This document shows, one piece after another, positions 61,701-64,000 of a DNA stretch of 64,000 nucleotides. The position numbers and the translations under genes were made by a program. This stretch comes from Eledone cirrhosa (lineage: Eukaryota), in NCBI GenBank assembly GCA_964016885.1, contig OZ024742.1, positions 166,656,001 through 166,720,000 of the forward strand. The letters run 5' to 3'. Position 1 is the first letter of the stretch. Every line of letters starts with the position of its first letter. The notes under the pieces are model-generated. The model searched no databases. It had not been told where the DNA came from and was given only the letters and a program-made list of their open reading frames with translations.

Positions 61701-64000
61701 AAAAAATCAGGGGGAGATAATTTGTAAAAAAATCAGGGGGAGATAATTTGTAAAAAAAATCAAGGGGAGATAATTTCCAGCCGTCCAAGGGGAGGTAATA
61801 TCTAGCCGTCCAAGGGGAGATAATTTCCAGCCGTCCAAGAGGAGATAATTTCCAGCCGTCCAAGGGTAGATAATATCCAGCCGTCCAAGGAGACATATTT
61901 TCCAGCCGTCCAAGGAGAGGTAATTTCTAGCCGTCCAAGGGGAGATAAATTCCAGCCTCCAAGGGGAGATAATTTCCAGCCAGCCAAGGGGAGATAATTT
62001 GTAAAAAAAATCAGGGGGAGATAATTTGTAAAAAAAATCAGGGGGAGATAATTTGTAAAAAAATCAGGGGGAGATAATTTGTAAAAAAAAAATCAGGGGG
62101 AGATAATTTGTAAAAAAAATCAGGGGGAGATGATTTGTAAAAAAAAATCAGGGGTAGATAATTTGTAAAAAAAAATCAGGGGGAGATAATTTGTAAAAAA
62201 AAATCAGGGGGAGATAATTTGTAAAAAAAATCAAGGGGAGATAATTTCCAGCCGTCGAAGGGAAGATAATTTCCAGCCCTCCAAGGGGCTATAATTTCCA
62301 GCATCCAAGGGGAGATAATTTCCAGCCGTCCAAGGGGAGATAATTTCCAGCCGTCCAAGGGTAGATAATATCCAGTCGTCCAAGTAGACATTTTCCAGCC
62401 GTCCAAGGAGAGGTAATTTATAGCCGTCCAAGGGGAGATAAATTCCAGCCTCCAAGGGGAGATAATTTCCAGCCAGCCAAGGGGAGATAATTTGTAAAAA
62501 AATCAGAGGGAGATAATTTGTAAAAAAAATCAGGGGGAGATAATTTGTAAAAAAAAATCAGGGGGAGATAATTTGTAAAAAAAATCAGGGGGAGATAATT
62601 TGTAAAAAAAATCAGGGGGAGATAATTTGTAAAAAAAATCAAGGGGAGATAATTTCCAGCCGTCCAAGGGGAGATAATTTTCAGCCGTCCAAGGGGAGAT
62701 AATTTCCAGCCGTCCAAGGGGAGATAATTTCCATCCTTCCAAGGGGAGATAATTTCCAGCCGTCCAAGGGGAGATAATTTTCAGCCGTCCAAGGGGAGAT
62801 AATTTCCCGCCAGCCAAGGGAAGATAATATTTTAAAAAATCAGGCGGAGATAATTTGTAAAAAAAATCAGGGGGAGATAATTTGTAAAAAAATCAGGGGG
62901 AGATAATTTGTAAAAAAAAAATCAGGGGGAGATCATTTGTAAAAAAAATCAGGGGGAGATAATTTGTAAAAAAAAATCAGGGGTAGATAATTTGTAAAAA
63001 AAAATCAGGGGGAGATAATTTGTAAAAAAAAAATCAGGGGGAGATAATTTGTAAAAAAAATCAAGGGGAGATAATTTCCAGCCGTCCAAGGAGAGATAAT
63101 TTTAAAAAAAAATCAGGCGGAGATAATTTGTAAAAAAAAATCAAGGGGAGATAATTTGTAAAAAAAATCAAGGGGAGATAATTTCCAGCCGTCCAAGGGA
63201 AGATAATTTCCAGCACTCCAAGGGGCTATAATTTCCAGTGTCCAAGGGGAGATAATTTCCAGCCAGCGAAGGGGAGATAATTTTTTTAAAAAAATCAGGG
63301 GGAGATATGTAAAAAAAATCAGAGGGAGATAATTTCTAAAAAAAATCAAAGGGAGATAATTTCCAGCCGTCCAAAGAGAGATAATTTCTAGCCGTCCAAG
63401 GGGAGATAATTTCCAGCCAAGGGGAGATAATTTCCAGCCGTCCAAGGGGAGATAATTATTTAAAAAATCAGGTGGAGATAATTTGTAAAAAAAATCAGGG
63501 GGAGATAATTTGTAAAAACAAAATCAAGGGCAGATAATTTCCAGCTGTCCAAGGGGAGATAATTTCCAGCCGTGCAAGGGGAGATAATTTCCAGCCGTCC
63601 AAGGGGAGATAATTTCCATCCTTCCAAGGGGAGATAATGTCCAGCCGTCCAAGGGGAGATAATTTCCCGCCAGCCAAGGGAAGATAATTTTTAAAAAAAT
63701 CAGGCGGAGATTGTAAAAAAAATCAGGGGGAGATAATTTGTAAAAAAAAAATCAGGGGGAGATAATTTGTAAAAAAAATCAGGGGTAGATAATTTGTAAA
63801 AAAAAATCAGGGGGAGATAATTTGTAAAAAAAAATCAGGGGGAGATAATTTCTAAAAAAATCAAGGGGAGATAATATGCAGCCGTCCAAGGGGAGATAAT
63901 TTTCAGCCGTCCAAGGAGAGGTAATTTCTAGCCGTCCAAGGGGAGATAATTTCCAGCCGTCCAAGGGGAGATAATTTCCAGCCGTCCAAGGGGAGATAGT
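55741..64000 (+). repeat. Copy of about 33130-41210 carrying an extra 179-bp segment at about 59370-59550
   Basis: The offset jumps from 22613 to 22792. The window end GGGAGATAGT matches 41201-41210. Confidence 0.9.

Larger units (their letters stand above)
1..64000 (+). repeat. Composite two-monomer tandem satellite array (25-bp type A plus 26-29-bp type B, shared core GGGGAGATAATTT), extending beyond both window ends
   Basis: Every line of the sequence parses into CAAGGGGAGATAATTTCCAGCCGTC or CAGGGGGAGATAATTTGT(A)nT or variants of them, all in one orientation. I saw no unique sequence. Confidence 0.98.

Noticed and set aside
122-63964. The many minus-strand ORFs (60-228 aa) as protein-coding genes
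   Set aside because: They are overlapping translations of the same repeat in all three frames, mostly opened at alternative starts such as TTG. Monomer lengths of 25, 26, 28 and 29 bp break frame, and no domain is recognisable.
1-64000. CRISPR array (constant repeat plus spacer layout)
   Set aside because: The constant part is only 13 bp. The spacers are 12-16 bp and of two recurring types rather than unique. No cas genes or leader are present.
1-64000. Telomerase- or reverse-transcriptase-synthesised array from two templates
   Set aside because: Rare variants recur in fixed order at multi-kb periods, which indicates DNA-level duplication and not de novo templated addition. There is no resemblance to telomere motifs I know. 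A recombination-maintained subtelomeric location is not excluded.
1-64000. Canonical G-quadruplex array from the G4/G5 runs
   Set aside because: G-runs are separated by about 21-24 nt, far longer than typical 1-7 nt loops. Stable intramolecular G4 is not supported by sequence alone.
1-64000. Plasmid or phage iterons, or Shine-Dalgarno (GGAG) arrays
   Set aside because: There is no rep gene, origin context or downstream coding sequence, and the scale is orders of magnitude beyond iteron clusters.
1-64000. Pure technical artefact (rolling-circle/MDA concatemer or low-complexity sequencing noise)
   Set aside because: Copies differ by nested, lineage-structured variants and whole-monomer indels, with no inversions. 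Local mis-assembly of the near-identical large duplications cannot be excluded without reads.
1-64000. Transposon insertions or strand inversions within the array
   Set aside because: I saw no non-satellite sequence, terminal repeats or reverse-complement monomers (AAATTATCTCCCC) on the plus strand.

Overview
The whole 64 kb is one uninterrupted, head-to-tail tandem satellite array. I find no genes, RNA genes, transposons or unique sequence. It is built from two monomers that share a 13-bp core, GGGGAGATAATTT. Type A is CAAGGGGAGATAATTTCCAGCCGTC (25 bp, 52% GC). Type B is CAGGGGGAGATAATTTGT(A)7-10T (26-29 bp, about 30% GC). By length there are roughly 2,400 monomers, in alternating runs of about 1-10. 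The runs are nested: monomer, then fixed-order variant cassettes (about 0.1-0.25 kb), then a higher-order repeat (HOR) averaging about 4 kb (17 anchor copies), then alternating X/Y HOR dimers (about 8.2 kb), then duplications at offsets of about 16-27 kb. All listed ORFs are minus-strand by-products of a monomer that lacks stop codons on that strand. The architecture best fits a young, multi-level eukaryotic centromeric, pericentromeric or subtelomeric satellite. I do not recognise the family or organism, and function cannot be shown from sequence alone.
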